Source: an uncultured Planctomycetaceae bacterium
Lineage (GTDB): Bacteria > Planctomycetota > Planctomycetia > Planctomycetales > Planctomycetaceae
Direction: 5' to 3'
NCBI GenBank assembly: GCA_963976765.1
Contig: CAXBME010000011.1
Location: 1-64,000, forward strand
DNA: 64,000 bases
A program made the position numbers and the translations under genes. The notes under the pieces were generated by a model. The model did not search any database. It was not told where the DNA came from and saw only the letters and a list, made by a program, of their open reading frames with translations. Of this stretch, positions 1 through 9,162 are shown piece by piece. Each line of letters begins with the position of its first letter. Within the stretch, counting starts at the first letter, position 1.

Positions 1-111
1 TACCACTCACAAAACACTCGTCGGATAAATACAGCCCCGACTTACCGGATGAGCCTCTTTTTATGGCTCTCAGCACCTCTTTCCCTTTCAGCCCCAGGAG
101 CGACAAACTGG

Positions 112-906
112 ATGGACCACGCGACCGATCTGCAACCAAGACAGAAGCCGAGACTCCTGACTGACTTTGTCGAAGGCATCTCGACAGCCGCCGACGGGTT
201 TCGATTTCTTAGTCGTTACCCCTCGCTGTGGCAGTACGGCGTCTGGGCACTGTTAACGAACATCGCCGTCGCGTTTGCCTCATTGCTCATCACCTTCTGG
301 GTGGGGACGACGACGTGGAAGTCGTTCGTGGCAGAACTGCCGATTGCCTGGTGGGTAAACATCGTCGAGTGGATTGGCCTTGTCGCGATTCTGATGCTGG
401 CCTTCGGCGTCGGTTTGATTTGCTACATGCTGCTGCACAGCGTCTTCTGCGCATGGTCGTTCAGCAAACTCGCCTTCCGGGTCGAGCTGTTTCTTGGCGC
501 AAAGCCCGAAGAGCTTTCAGAGATCTCATACAGCGGACAGATCGTCGACGCGCTGCGATCGGCGGGGAAGCTGATCCTTGTCGACATCGGAATCCTCCTG
601 CTCAACGTCGTGCCGATTGTGGGAACAGTGGCTGCATTCGTCATCGGCGGTTACATGCACGCCTGGGTCATGGGCGCCGAGTTTCTTGGTTATCCGCAGG
701 AGCTGCGAGGAATCCGCTGGAAGGATCGGCAGCAGTTCGCGAAAAAATGGCTGCCATCGACGCTCGGTCTGGGAACCATCGTGGCAGGGCTGATGCTCAT
801 CCCGATCGTCGGTGCCATGTTCCAGACAACTGCCGTGGTCGGAGCAGTATTGCTGAACCGCAGAATCAATGGACTGGCTGATCACCCGGATCAGGAACCG
901 GAGTGA
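112..906 (+). CDS. EI24/CysZ-like multi-pass membrane protein
   Basis: Several hydrophobic helices. C-terminal pattern 'GAEFLGYPQELRG..R...K...LGLG...LMLIPIVG' is typical of the EI24 domain. Start moved to ATG 112; the ORF is open from 49. Confidence 0.7.
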   Translation: MDHATDLQPRQKPRLLTDFVEGISTAADGFRFLSRYPSLWQYGVWALLTNIAVAFASLLITFWVGTTTWKSFVAELPIAWWVNIVEWIGLVAILMLAFGVGLICYMLLHSVFCAWSFSKLAFRVELFLGAKPEELSEISYSGQIVDALRSAGKLILVDIGILLLNVVPIVGTVAAFVIGGYMHAWVMGAEFLGYPQELRGIRWKDRQQFAKKWLPSTLGLGTIVAGLMLIPIVGAMFQTTAVVGAVLLNRRINGLADHPDQEPE

Positions 907-1022
907 CAAACAACCGACGCGCCAGCCAGACGCCAACTCTCCCGGCACGGTCAACAATCGATGTTGCCCCTTATTGCAGGCGTGGCTAACAATGTGCGAT
1001 CCAACTGGCCGACTTCATCAGC

Positions 1023-1436
1023 GTGATGCCAGTGCCGGCGGCAGACACAAATTCAATGACTCTCAAAGGAATTCTGGTTGTGGAGACGGCGTCGGGACTT
1101 CGATTCGAAGGGTCAGCGTTCTGGGTGCGACATCGGCACCGGGAATTTGGTCCGTTCGACTACGAATGGTCTCGCGACATGCTGGGGATCGAGTTTCTTT
1201 ATCGCCGCAAGAAGTTTGGCGAATACTGCAGCGACGACGAAATTTCAGCTGACCTGAAGGAATTCAAACTTCCGATGCGCGTTGTCGAAGTCACCGCTGT
1301 TGTCTGTGGCTCGATCATTTTTGGAATCATCCACGGCTTCAGCCAGTCCGAGAAAAAAGCGATCCTGCTGAAGAATCTTCAGCACAGTCAGCTCTCACAG
1401 TTTGCCGCGAACATCGAAGGGCTGCCTGAGTCTTGA
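1023..1436 (+). CDS. hypothetical protein
   Basis: 137-aa ORF with globular composition filling the space between neighbours. Start uncertain (1023/1026/1056). Confidence 0.6.
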   Translation: MMPVPAADTNSMTLKGILVVETASGLRFEGSAFWVRHRHREFGPFDYEWSRDMLGIEFLYRRKKFGEYCSDDEISADLKEFKLPMRVVEVTAVVCGSIIFGIIHGFSQSEKKAILLKNLQHSQLSQFAANIEGLPES

Positions 1437-1444
1437 GCTTCAGT

Positions 1445-2782
1445 TCACGACTCGTCGTCGACTCTGAAAAAACGCCGGCCTTTCAGTTCGAACCGAGGCA
1501 GGCTGTTCTGTTCGACAAGTTGCACTTCTGGCTGAAAATTCAGACGGTCTTTGATCGTGCTCTTCACGCGGCTCGCCAGCTTATCAGCCTCAGACTTCGG
1601 CAGCTCAGGTCGCGGCTCCAGTTGCAGCAGGATTTGATGCATAGATCGAACGGTCCTGACTTCGATCCGAAATTCGACAAGCTGATCAAACTCCCGCAGG
1701 ATGGCTTCAACGCTCGACGGAAAAACGTTGTTACCGCGAATGGTGATCATGTCGTCGGCTCGACCGAGGATTCCGCCTTTCAGACGCAGCAATGCCCGAC
1801 CGCAGACACACGCTTCAGAATCGGACTCGACCAGGTCGCCCGTTCGGTAACGGATCAATGGCGAACCAGGTCGGCCCAGATTCGTGATGACCAGCTCGCC
1901 GCGCCGCACGCCGTGCGCATCAGCGGCCGCAGGTTCAAGAGTCTCGGGATTGATAATTTCGGCAATGCACTCGGATTCAAGAATATGAAGTCCGCCGGGA
2001 TTCTCCTCGCACTCGACACCGAGCGCGCCAATCTCGGTCATGCCCCAATGATCAATGACGCGTGCCCCCCAGGCCGACTCGATGCGTGAACGAACTGATG
2101 GAATGCTTCCGCCAGGCTCGCCCGCCACAATCACCATTCTTACCGAACCGGCTGCCAGTTCAGTTCCCTGCTCTGTCGCCACTTCCGCAAGCCGCAACGC
2201 GTAGGTCGGTGTGCAGCAAAGAATAGTTGCCTGATTATCGGCGATCAGCGAAAGCCGCTGCTGACTGCTCATTCCGCCGCCGGCCAGACACAAATTGCCG
2301 AGCCGATTAGCCCCTTCAAACGCCGCCCAGAATCCGATGAACGGTCCAAATGAAAACGGAAAACAAAGCCGATCTTCCGAAGTCAGACCGACCATGCGGA
2401 AAATCTGAGCCCACGAATCCAGAAACCACTGCCAGCTATTGGGAGTGTCAAGCCACCGCATCGGCGTGCCCGTCGTGGTGCCCGAAGTCTGATGAAGACG
2501 CGAATAGTCGTTATGGCCAAACGTAAGATTCGTTCCGTAGGGCGGCCTGCAACTCTGGTCGTTGACGAGTTCCGCCTTCGTCGTCAGTGGCAAATTCCGC
2601 AGCTCAGTCAGTGACTCAAGACCGGCATTTTCTGCGTCAGCGGGCACGATCCCGGTAAGCCGTTCCCGCCAGAACGAGTTACTGCCCATCACCGTTTTCA
2701 ACAGAATCCGCAACCTATTCAGTTGCCGTTTTTCCAGGCAGGCACGGTCAAGATTCTCCGGTGTTTCGCTCTGCTGACTCAT
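1445..2782 (-). CDS. phenylacetate-CoA ligase family (PaaK-like) AMP-binding enzyme
   Basis: Adenylation motifs TSGTTTG, 'DHWGMTE', 'LIRYRTGD', 'GRADDMITIRGNNVFP' and a C-terminal Lys (LPRFELKGRR). Substrate not assignable. Confidence 0.85.
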   Translation of the reverse strand: MSQQSETPENLDRACLEKRQLNRLRILLKTVMGSNSFWRERLTGIVPADAENAGLESLTELRNLPLTTKAELVNDQSCRPPYGTNLTFGHNDYSRLHQTSGTTTGTPMRWLDTPNSWQWFLDSWAQIFRMVGLTSEDRLCFPFSFGPFIGFWAAFEGANRLGNLCLAGGGMSSQQRLSLIADNQATILCCTPTYALRLAEVATEQGTELAAGSVRMVIVAGEPGGSIPSVRSRIESAWGARVIDHWGMTEIGALGVECEENPGGLHILESECIAEIINPETLEPAAADAHGVRRGELVITNLGRPGSPLIRYRTGDLVESDSEACVCGRALLRLKGGILGRADDMITIRGNNVFPSSVEAILREFDQLVEFRIEVRTVRSMHQILLQLEPRPELPKSEADKLASRVKSTIKDRLNFQPEVQLVEQNSLPRFELKGRRFFRVDDES

Positions 2783-2918
2783 GACTCAATCCCGAGCCGC
2801 TCAGGGCTCATGGTTTTCCATAAACATTCGCAGAATGCGTCTCGACGCACCGGCAACTTCACTCAAAAACGGTGCGTCAAGATGCCCCCTGCGACAGTCG
2901 ATCATCTGAAGGTCCGTT

Positions 2919-4841
2919 TCAGTTGGCAACTTTCACGATGCCTGCGTCGCTTGCCAATGGCTCTGGCTGTTCGAACGGGAGCGACTTCAGGAATGCGACG
3001 AGGTCATCGACCTCGCTGGCTGACAGCTGGCTGGTCACGCCGTGTTTGTCCCCTGCGTTCTGCGTTGTGAGAACGTCCCGCAACGTCTCTGCTTTTCCAT
3101 GATGCAGGTACGGAGCCGACCGATAAAGCCCGAGCAGCATTGGGGTGTCATAGGCCGGCCCCATCGTTTCGGAGTCGTCCGCCGTGCCGGTTCCAACGTC
3201 GTGACGAACGCTCGGCTTGCCGGATTGCGAGTCGGTGTAGAACGGACCGTTGTGACATTCAGCACACTTTGTCTGCTTCGATAAGAACAACTTGCGGCCT
3301 CGTTCGGCTGCTGGGGACAAGCCCTCTTTCGAGTAGGGACTCAGCGTCAACGTGTGCGAGTTCGTGTAAGCCGCCAAAGCATCGAGCGATTTCGACAAGC
3401 CTCGGTTCGTGGCTCCGAGAGCTTTATTCAACCGCCCCTTATGAAGCCCTCGTCCGCCCATCAGCGGGCCTCGGATTGTGTGTTCGAAATCCTGAGTTTC
3501 GTCGCGGTCGGCTGACCAGTGTTGAGGATGCGTAAACGCCAGTCCGTGCAACGGCGGAGTCTGACGAAGACCTTCCGGGTTGTGCCAGGTGCGACCATCC
3601 GGCTGACCATCGGGGTGACAGCTTGAACACGAAATCCAGCGTTGCGAAGTCATTGGCGGCAGCGCCGTGTAGAACAGAATCTTGCCTTCGTGAATTTCCG
3701 GAGACAACGGATTTTTTGTGACGGAAATCCGGTCAACCGGTTGCAGAGACCTTGCATCGAACACGACGACTTCGAAGTCCAGAGCGTTGTAGACAAAGAA
3801 GCGGGCACCGTCAGGTGAGACTCGAACGCCTCGCGGGTTGTGGCCTGTCGTGATGTATCGGGCCAGTTTGAGTTCCCTGTAGTCATCGTCGATGGTATCG
3901 CAGACGAAGACGTCGTCGGTTCCCGAAAAGACGATAAAGAGTTGTCGCCCGTCTGGACTCATCGCCGCTTCCCAGGGGTTGGCGGTGACTCGCGTTCCGA
4001 AGACAGAATCCAGCGGCATCCGCTTTCGACGTGAGTCTTCGGATTTGACCATGTCGGCAATGCCGACGTACGGAAAGATCGACCCCGTCCCCTGATGCGC
4101 CGTCACTTTGGACCGGATAAACGTCACGTAAGCCTTCGGACGTTTCGGATGAATGACCAACTGCCGGGCAAGATTGTCAGTGCTGCTGCCCGGCCATTCG
4201 TCAACCAGTTTTCCGGACGAACGATCGATGGACCGAATCGTCGCCGTCAGGTATTCGCAGATCAGAAGCTGTCCCTCGTCGGGGGTAATGGCGATCCCTC
4301 GCGGAAACGCTCCCGCCGGGAACGTCCGAGTTATCTCCGCAGTTTGAGAATCGATCTCGACAACCTGGCCAGGGTATTCGAGCGTCACGTAAATGCGACT
4401 GCCGTCGTTTGTCGAGACGATTCCGTACGGTTCATCAAAGACTGACACCGTTGCGCGGCTTTTGCCTGAGTCGCCATCGACAAAGACGATCGAATCGTCG
4501 TCGTAAACGGCCACGGCGATCTCGTGCGACTGTCCAACGAACGAAACGCCTTCGGGGTGATGCCCCACTTTTACTTCGCGAAGTACTTTGTTTTTTGCGA
4601 GGTCGACGAAGGTAATCGTCCCGCTGTCCCGGTTGCTGCACGCCAGCAACGCTCCGTCTGACGAAATATCCATCAGACTGTTCGATGTTCCGGCCAGAAC
4701 GGAACTCGACATGGCTGCGGCAACAACCGCAGTCGCGAAACAATTGAAAATCGTTGCAGTTCCTGATGGCGGCTTCACGATGCTGGTCCTCGTTTTCTCT
4801 TCGGTTAACTTTGCCAGTAACCACTTCAGCAAGACAGACAA
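2919..4841 (-). CDS. secreted YVTN-type beta-propeller fused to a di-heme cytochrome c (peroxidase/MauG-like) domain
   Basis: Propeller repeats (VGHHPEGV, FDEPYGI, AGAFPRGIAITPD, TGHNPRGVRVSPDG), two CxxCH motifs (CSSCH, CAECH) and 'DTPMLLGLYRSAPYLHHG'. True start probably somewhat downstream of 4841. Confidence 0.8.
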   Translation of the reverse strand: MSVLLKWLLAKLTEEKTRTSIVKPPSGTATIFNCFATAVVAAAMSSSVLAGTSNSLMDISSDGALLACSNRDSGTITFVDLAKNKVLREVKVGHHPEGVSFVGQSHEIAVAVYDDDSIVFVDGDSGKSRATVSVFDEPYGIVSTNDGSRIYVTLEYPGQVVEIDSQTAEITRTFPAGAFPRGIAITPDEGQLLICEYLTATIRSIDRSSGKLVDEWPGSSTDNLARQLVIHPKRPKAYVTFIRSKVTAHQGTGSIFPYVGIADMVKSEDSRRKRMPLDSVFGTRVTANPWEAAMSPDGRQLFIVFSGTDDVFVCDTIDDDYRELKLARYITTGHNPRGVRVSPDGARFFVYNALDFEVVVFDARSLQPVDRISVTKNPLSPEIHEGKILFYTALPPMTSQRWISCSSCHPDGQPDGRTWHNPEGLRQTPPLHGLAFTHPQHWSADRDETQDFEHTIRGPLMGGRGLHKGRLNKALGATNRGLSKSLDALAAYTNSHTLTLSPYSKEGLSPAAERGRKLFLSKQTKCAECHNGPFYTDSQSGKPSVRHDVGTGTADDSETMGPAYDTPMLLGLYRSAPYLHHGKAETLRDVLTTQNAGDKHGVTSQLSASEVDDLVAFLKSLPFEQPEPLASDAGIVKVAN

Positions 4842-4842
4842 T

Positions 4843-5892
4843 TCATTCGATGATCGTTTTGTGAGGCTCGCCGGCGATTTCCTGAACGTATCGCGGAACG
4901 GCGTAGCCTGGCAGCCGAGTTCGCAGTTCTGCGATCAGTCGCCGACCTGCCTTTGGATCAACCTCGAAATGCGCCGCCCCGGCGACGCGATCCAATTGGT
5001 GCAGATAGTAAGGCATCACGCCCACATTGATCAGCGACTCCGACAAATCCGCCAGGGCGTCTACTGAGTCATTCACGCCTCGCAGCAGCACGGCCTGATT
5101 GAGAACGGTGACGCCCGCTCGAACAAGTCGTCGCAGCGCCGCTTCACAGTCAGCGACGATCTCGGCGGCATGGTTGGAATGAACGACCACGATCGGCGTC
5201 AGGCGGCTTTGTGTGAGAAGGTCGAGCAGCACGTCTGTGACGCGGTCCGGCAGGACAATTGGCAGCCGTGAGTGAATCCGCAAACGCCTCAGATGCGGAA
5301 TTGCTTCCAGACGTTCAACGAGCTGTCCGAGCCGCGCGTCGGTCAGCATCAAAGGATCCCCGCCGCTGAGAAGCAGTTCTGAAATCGACGAGTCAGCTCG
5401 CAACTGATCGAGCGCAGGCTCCCAATCATCAAGTCGTCTCGGCTCATCTCCGTACGGATAATGACGCCGGAAGCAGTATCGGCAATTTACGGCACAGCTT
5501 CCGGCCGCAATCATCAAAGCACGACCGTGGTACTTGTGCAGCAAACCAGGAGCCGTGCGGAAACTTGAATCCGAAACGGCGTCGGCGATAAATCCAGCAA
5601 CCAGCTGAAGCTCGTCGTCCAGCGGCAGGATTTGTCTCAGCAGAGGGTCATCGGGATCGCCGACCGCCATCCTGGCAAGAAAACTGCGAGGCACCATCAA
5701 CGGAAACCGGCTGGCTGCTTCCTCAGAAAATCGATCGGCCAGCGACTCCAGCCGGAGTTCACGCAACAACTCAACGGGCTGACGAATGGCATCGGCCAGA
5801 GACTGGTGCCAGTTCGGAAGAACATCCGAACCCGCTCGCTCATCAACACCGGGAATTGACACTGATTTTCTCACTATTTCGCGTTTGAGCAT
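4843..5892 (-). CDS. epmB: EF-P beta-lysylation protein EpmB (KamA-family radical SAM lysine 2,3-aminomutase)
   Basis: CAVNCRYC radical SAM motif, 'HKYHGRAL', 'LSGGDPL', 'NQAVLLRGVND', 'PYYLHQLDRVAGAAHF'. Divergent from efp. Confidence 0.9.
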   Translation of the reverse strand: MLKREIVRKSVSIPGVDERAGSDVLPNWHQSLADAIRQPVELLRELRLESLADRFSEEAASRFPLMVPRSFLARMAVGDPDDPLLRQILPLDDELQLVAGFIADAVSDSSFRTAPGLLHKYHGRALMIAAGSCAVNCRYCFRRHYPYGDEPRRLDDWEPALDQLRADSSISELLLSGGDPLMLTDARLGQLVERLEAIPHLRRLRIHSRLPIVLPDRVTDVLLDLLTQSRLTPIVVVHSNHAAEIVADCEAALRRLVRAGVTVLNQAVLLRGVNDSVDALADLSESLINVGVMPYYLHQLDRVAGAAHFEVDPKAGRRLIAELRTRLPGYAVPRYVQEIAGEPHKTIIE

Positions 5893-6160
5893 CGTCGTGA
5901 ATGATCGTTTTTCGGGAGAAATTCGAAATGTAGCAGCTTCAGCCTGGCCACACTCGTCATGGCACCTGACAACCTGGTTGTCTCAATGGACCGACTCGAC
6001 GGAACCACTGGTCGGCTCTCACCTTCGGCTTTGTACCGCCGAACGGTTCTGCTATTGTCCCGCCTCGCTGACAGCGGTCAAATCCTGCGAATGACCTGCG
6101 TAGCAACTGTCGATGCCGACTGAAAAGCATCAGAACCGAACCAATGACGAGTGATTCCGA

Positions 6161-6727
6161 ATGAATATCAACGCGAGCGATTTGAAAAAAGGCCTGAAGG
6201 TTATTTACGAAGGCGACCCGTACGACATCGTTGAGGTCCACTTTGTGAAGCCGGGTAAAGGCCAAGCTCTGTACAAACTGAAGCTCCGAAATCTGCTCAA
6301 AGGCACCAACCTGACGCCGACTCTGCGCAGCGGCGACAGTATGGAAGCAGCGGACGTGCGTAAATCAAACGGTCAATACCTGTACCGGGATGCCGACGGG
6401 TTCATCTTCATGGAAGACGCGAGCTACGAGCAGTTCACAATTTCCGCGGAAAAGATGGGCGACTCGGCCAACTTCCTGCTGGACGGCGCGAAGTGCGAAC
6501 TGTTGTTTTACAACGAGCAGCTCATCGGGGTTGACCCGCCGTCACATGTGATCGTCGAAGTGACTTACACCGAGCCAGCCGCGCGAGGCAACACAACGGC
6601 AAACGTCACCAAGGCTGCGACGGTCGAAACCGGTGCCGAAGTGCAGGTTCCGGCCTTCATCGAACAGGGCGAGAAGATTAAAGTCGACGCTCGAACCGGC
6701 GCGTACATCGAACGAGCGAAGTCCTGA
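6161..6727 (+). CDS. efp: translation elongation factor P
   Basis: KPGKGQA loop and C-terminal 'ETGAEVQVPAFIEQGEKIKVDARTGAYIER'. Confidence 0.97.
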   Translation: MNINASDLKKGLKVIYEGDPYDIVEVHFVKPGKGQALYKLKLRNLLKGTNLTPTLRSGDSMEAADVRKSNGQYLYRDADGFIFMEDASYEQFTISAEKMGDSANFLLDGAKCELLFYNEQLIGVDPPSHVIVEVTYTEPAARGNTTANVTKAATVETGAEVQVPAFIEQGEKIKVDARTGAYIERAKS

Positions 6728-6872
6728 TTAATTCGGGCATCTGAACAGGACACCTTGAGGAACGAGAACTCTCAGAAGTTGAATCTGAAGAGTCGGTCAT
6801 TGTGAACTCCGGCGCTGCCGCCGTGGCCGCGCCGGAAGAACTCCACAGTCAGGAAGACGGAGGAGACCGGAA

Positions 6873-7091
6873 ATGGCAACGTGGCATGTCTTGCTTTACT
6901 CGGCAGCGGCGATCCTCGCCTTAAGATCATTCATCCAACTGGTGACCAATTACCGAAACGAGTACGAGCACATCGCGGTTAGAAATCACCTGACAAAGAT
7001 GGCCGAAGAACTGGAAGCGCAGAAAACAAAAGGCGAAGCAGGACCGGAGTCAACTTCGTCCAAGCAGAAGACACAGGCAGCGCCGGCTTAG
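6873..7091 (+). CDS. small single-pass membrane protein
   Basis: GGAGGAG ribosome-binding site upstream, N-terminal hydrophobic helix, charged tail. Confidence 0.65.
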   Translation: MATWHVLLYSAAAILALRSFIQLVTNYRNEYEHIAVRNHLTKMAEELEAQKTKGEAGPESTSSKQKTQAAPA

Positions 7092-7212
7092 CCTCAGCCA
7101 ATCAGTTCGCAAAACTGCCAGCCTCTTACAGGTAAGTGCTGACTTTCAAATTGAGTATTGAATCCGTCGTGAGCTTCTCACCTGTGAAACTTACGACGCC
7201 GGGAAGAATCCC

Positions 7213-8667
7213 ATGTCCGAGACGCCTCACAACAAACAGCTCTACATCGAGACCGTCGGCTGCCAGATGAACATGCTGGACAGCGAGCTGGTTGTCGCGG
7301 CGCTGCGCAAGCAGCAGTTCGAACTGACTAACGACATCAAGGCTGCCGACACAATTCTGTTCAACACATGCAGCGTCCGCGAACATGCGGAACACAAAAT
7401 CTACAGCCAGCTTGGTCGCATCAAGTTTCAGAAGCGAAATCGCCCGAACCTGGTCATAGGCGTGATGGGCTGCATGGCTCAGAAGGACCAGGAGCTGATC
7501 TTCGAAAAGGCTCCCCACGTCGACCTGGTCGTTGGAACGGGGCAGCTCGGCGAGATCCCTCGCCTGATCGACGAAGCTCGCGGCAGCAGGAAACGATTGA
7601 CTGCGCTGAGCCTTGACCGCAAAGGCGGTTCTCGGGAATCAGTGGCCAACAGTTTTGAAAGTTACGACCCGCTGCGCGATCCCGAAATGCGACCGTCGCC
7701 GTATCAGGCCTTTGTCAGGATCATGATTGGCTGCGACAAATTCTGCACGTACTGCGTCGTGCCGATGACTCGCGGCCCGGAACAGAGTCGGCCTCCAAGT
7801 CTGATCGCCGCCGAAGTTCGCACGCTGGCCGAGCAAGGCGTTAAGGAAGTCACCCTGCTCGGACAAACGGTCAACAGCTATCGGCACACGGAAGATGGAC
7901 GCGAGTATCGATTGTCGGATCTGCTCGAGCTGATACACGACACGGAAGGCATTGACCGCATCAAATTCGTCACCAACTACCCGAAAGACATGACTGACGA
8001 CCTGTTGCAGGCTGTCCGCGACCTGCCAAAAGTATGCCGGTATCTGCACGTGCCGGCGCAGTCAGGATGCGACGAGCAACTCAAAGCAATGAAACGCGGA
8101 TACACGATCGCCGACTATCGCGACATGATGCATCGGATTAACGCAACAATTCCGGGCTGCGCCGTCTCCAGTGACTTCATCGTTGGTTTCTGCGGCGAAA
8201 CCGAAGAGTCTTTTCAGAAGAGTATGTCGCTGATCGAAGAGTTCCGTTTCAAAAACAGCTTCATTTTTAAATACAGCGAACGGCCTGGCACAAAGGCGCA
8301 CGGACTCTGGCCGGACGACATTCCGGAAGACGTCAAGAAACGCCGTAACAATGAAATGCTGGACCTGCAGAATCGCATCAGCGAAGAAGACAACGCCGAG
8401 TTCATCGGGACGACCGTTGAAGTGCTCTGTGAAGGCCCGAGCAAAACGGCAACGAAGCGAGGCGAGGCAGACACCGACTCACCATCCATCCAACTTGTCG
8501 GCCGTACCGACTGTGACCGCATCGTTGTCTTTGATGGCAATCCCAGACTTGCGGGATCACTCGTGGAGATCGACATTCATGACATCACCACGACGACGCT
8601 ACTTGGGTCAATCGTTACCCGCCAGGTCAACCACGGCCTGGAAATCGACCTGCCAGTCGTTTCTTAG
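7213..8667 (+). CDS. miaB: tRNA-i6A37 methylthiotransferase MiaB
   Basis: UPF0004 domain (GCQMN, NTCSVREHAE, GCMAQ), CDKFCTYC radical SAM motif, 'FKYSERPGT', C-terminal TRAM domain. Confidence 0.95.
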   Translation: MSETPHNKQLYIETVGCQMNMLDSELVVAALRKQQFELTNDIKAADTILFNTCSVREHAEHKIYSQLGRIKFQKRNRPNLVIGVMGCMAQKDQELIFEKAPHVDLVVGTGQLGEIPRLIDEARGSRKRLTALSLDRKGGSRESVANSFESYDPLRDPEMRPSPYQAFVRIMIGCDKFCTYCVVPMTRGPEQSRPPSLIAAEVRTLAEQGVKEVTLLGQTVNSYRHTEDGREYRLSDLLELIHDTEGIDRIKFVTNYPKDMTDDLLQAVRDLPKVCRYLHVPAQSGCDEQLKAMKRGYTIADYRDMMHRINATIPGCAVSSDFIVGFCGETEESFQKSMSLIEEFRFKNSFIFKYSERPGTKAHGLWPDDIPEDVKKRRNNEMLDLQNRISEEDNAEFIGTTVEVLCEGPSKTATKRGEADTDSPSIQLVGRTDCDRIVVFDGNPRLAGSLVEIDIHDITTTTLLGSIVTRQVNHGLEIDLPVVS

Positions 8668-9162
8668 TTATCAGGCAATGTGATGAAGCCACTGGAGCTA
8701 TCCGGGTGCGCATCACAGCAGTGGACTAATGGCTCGCCGGAAACAGTTTCGAACGACAGATCGATCTGAACTCTCTGAAATGTTGGAAATTTTGTCGTGA
8801 TGGCTGTGGCGAAGATGTCGAGTTCTGTGTAGCTTGCGTCCCTGTCTGAGCCTCGAAGTCAACACAACTTCGAATTGATTCGGCCTTGTTGGCCGGCACC
8901 GGGTGTCGCAAACCCACAAAACAGTTAAGTTTGCGAACCCTGAATGGCTCTCAGGCGACAGGTCTTCTGATTGTTCCCGCCGGGCAAGACTCCGGAAAAC
9001 GGGAACACGTCCAGTGAACGAAGCAGCGTCGCCATCTGTGTTTTTGTAATTAGATGCGCACGCCCAATCGCTACTTCGCTGTTTGACGCTCGCGTACGCG
9101 CTGCCGTTGCTTGACCAATCCGTCCGGCAATCGCGGCGACCACTACGATCGGAAGATATTAA

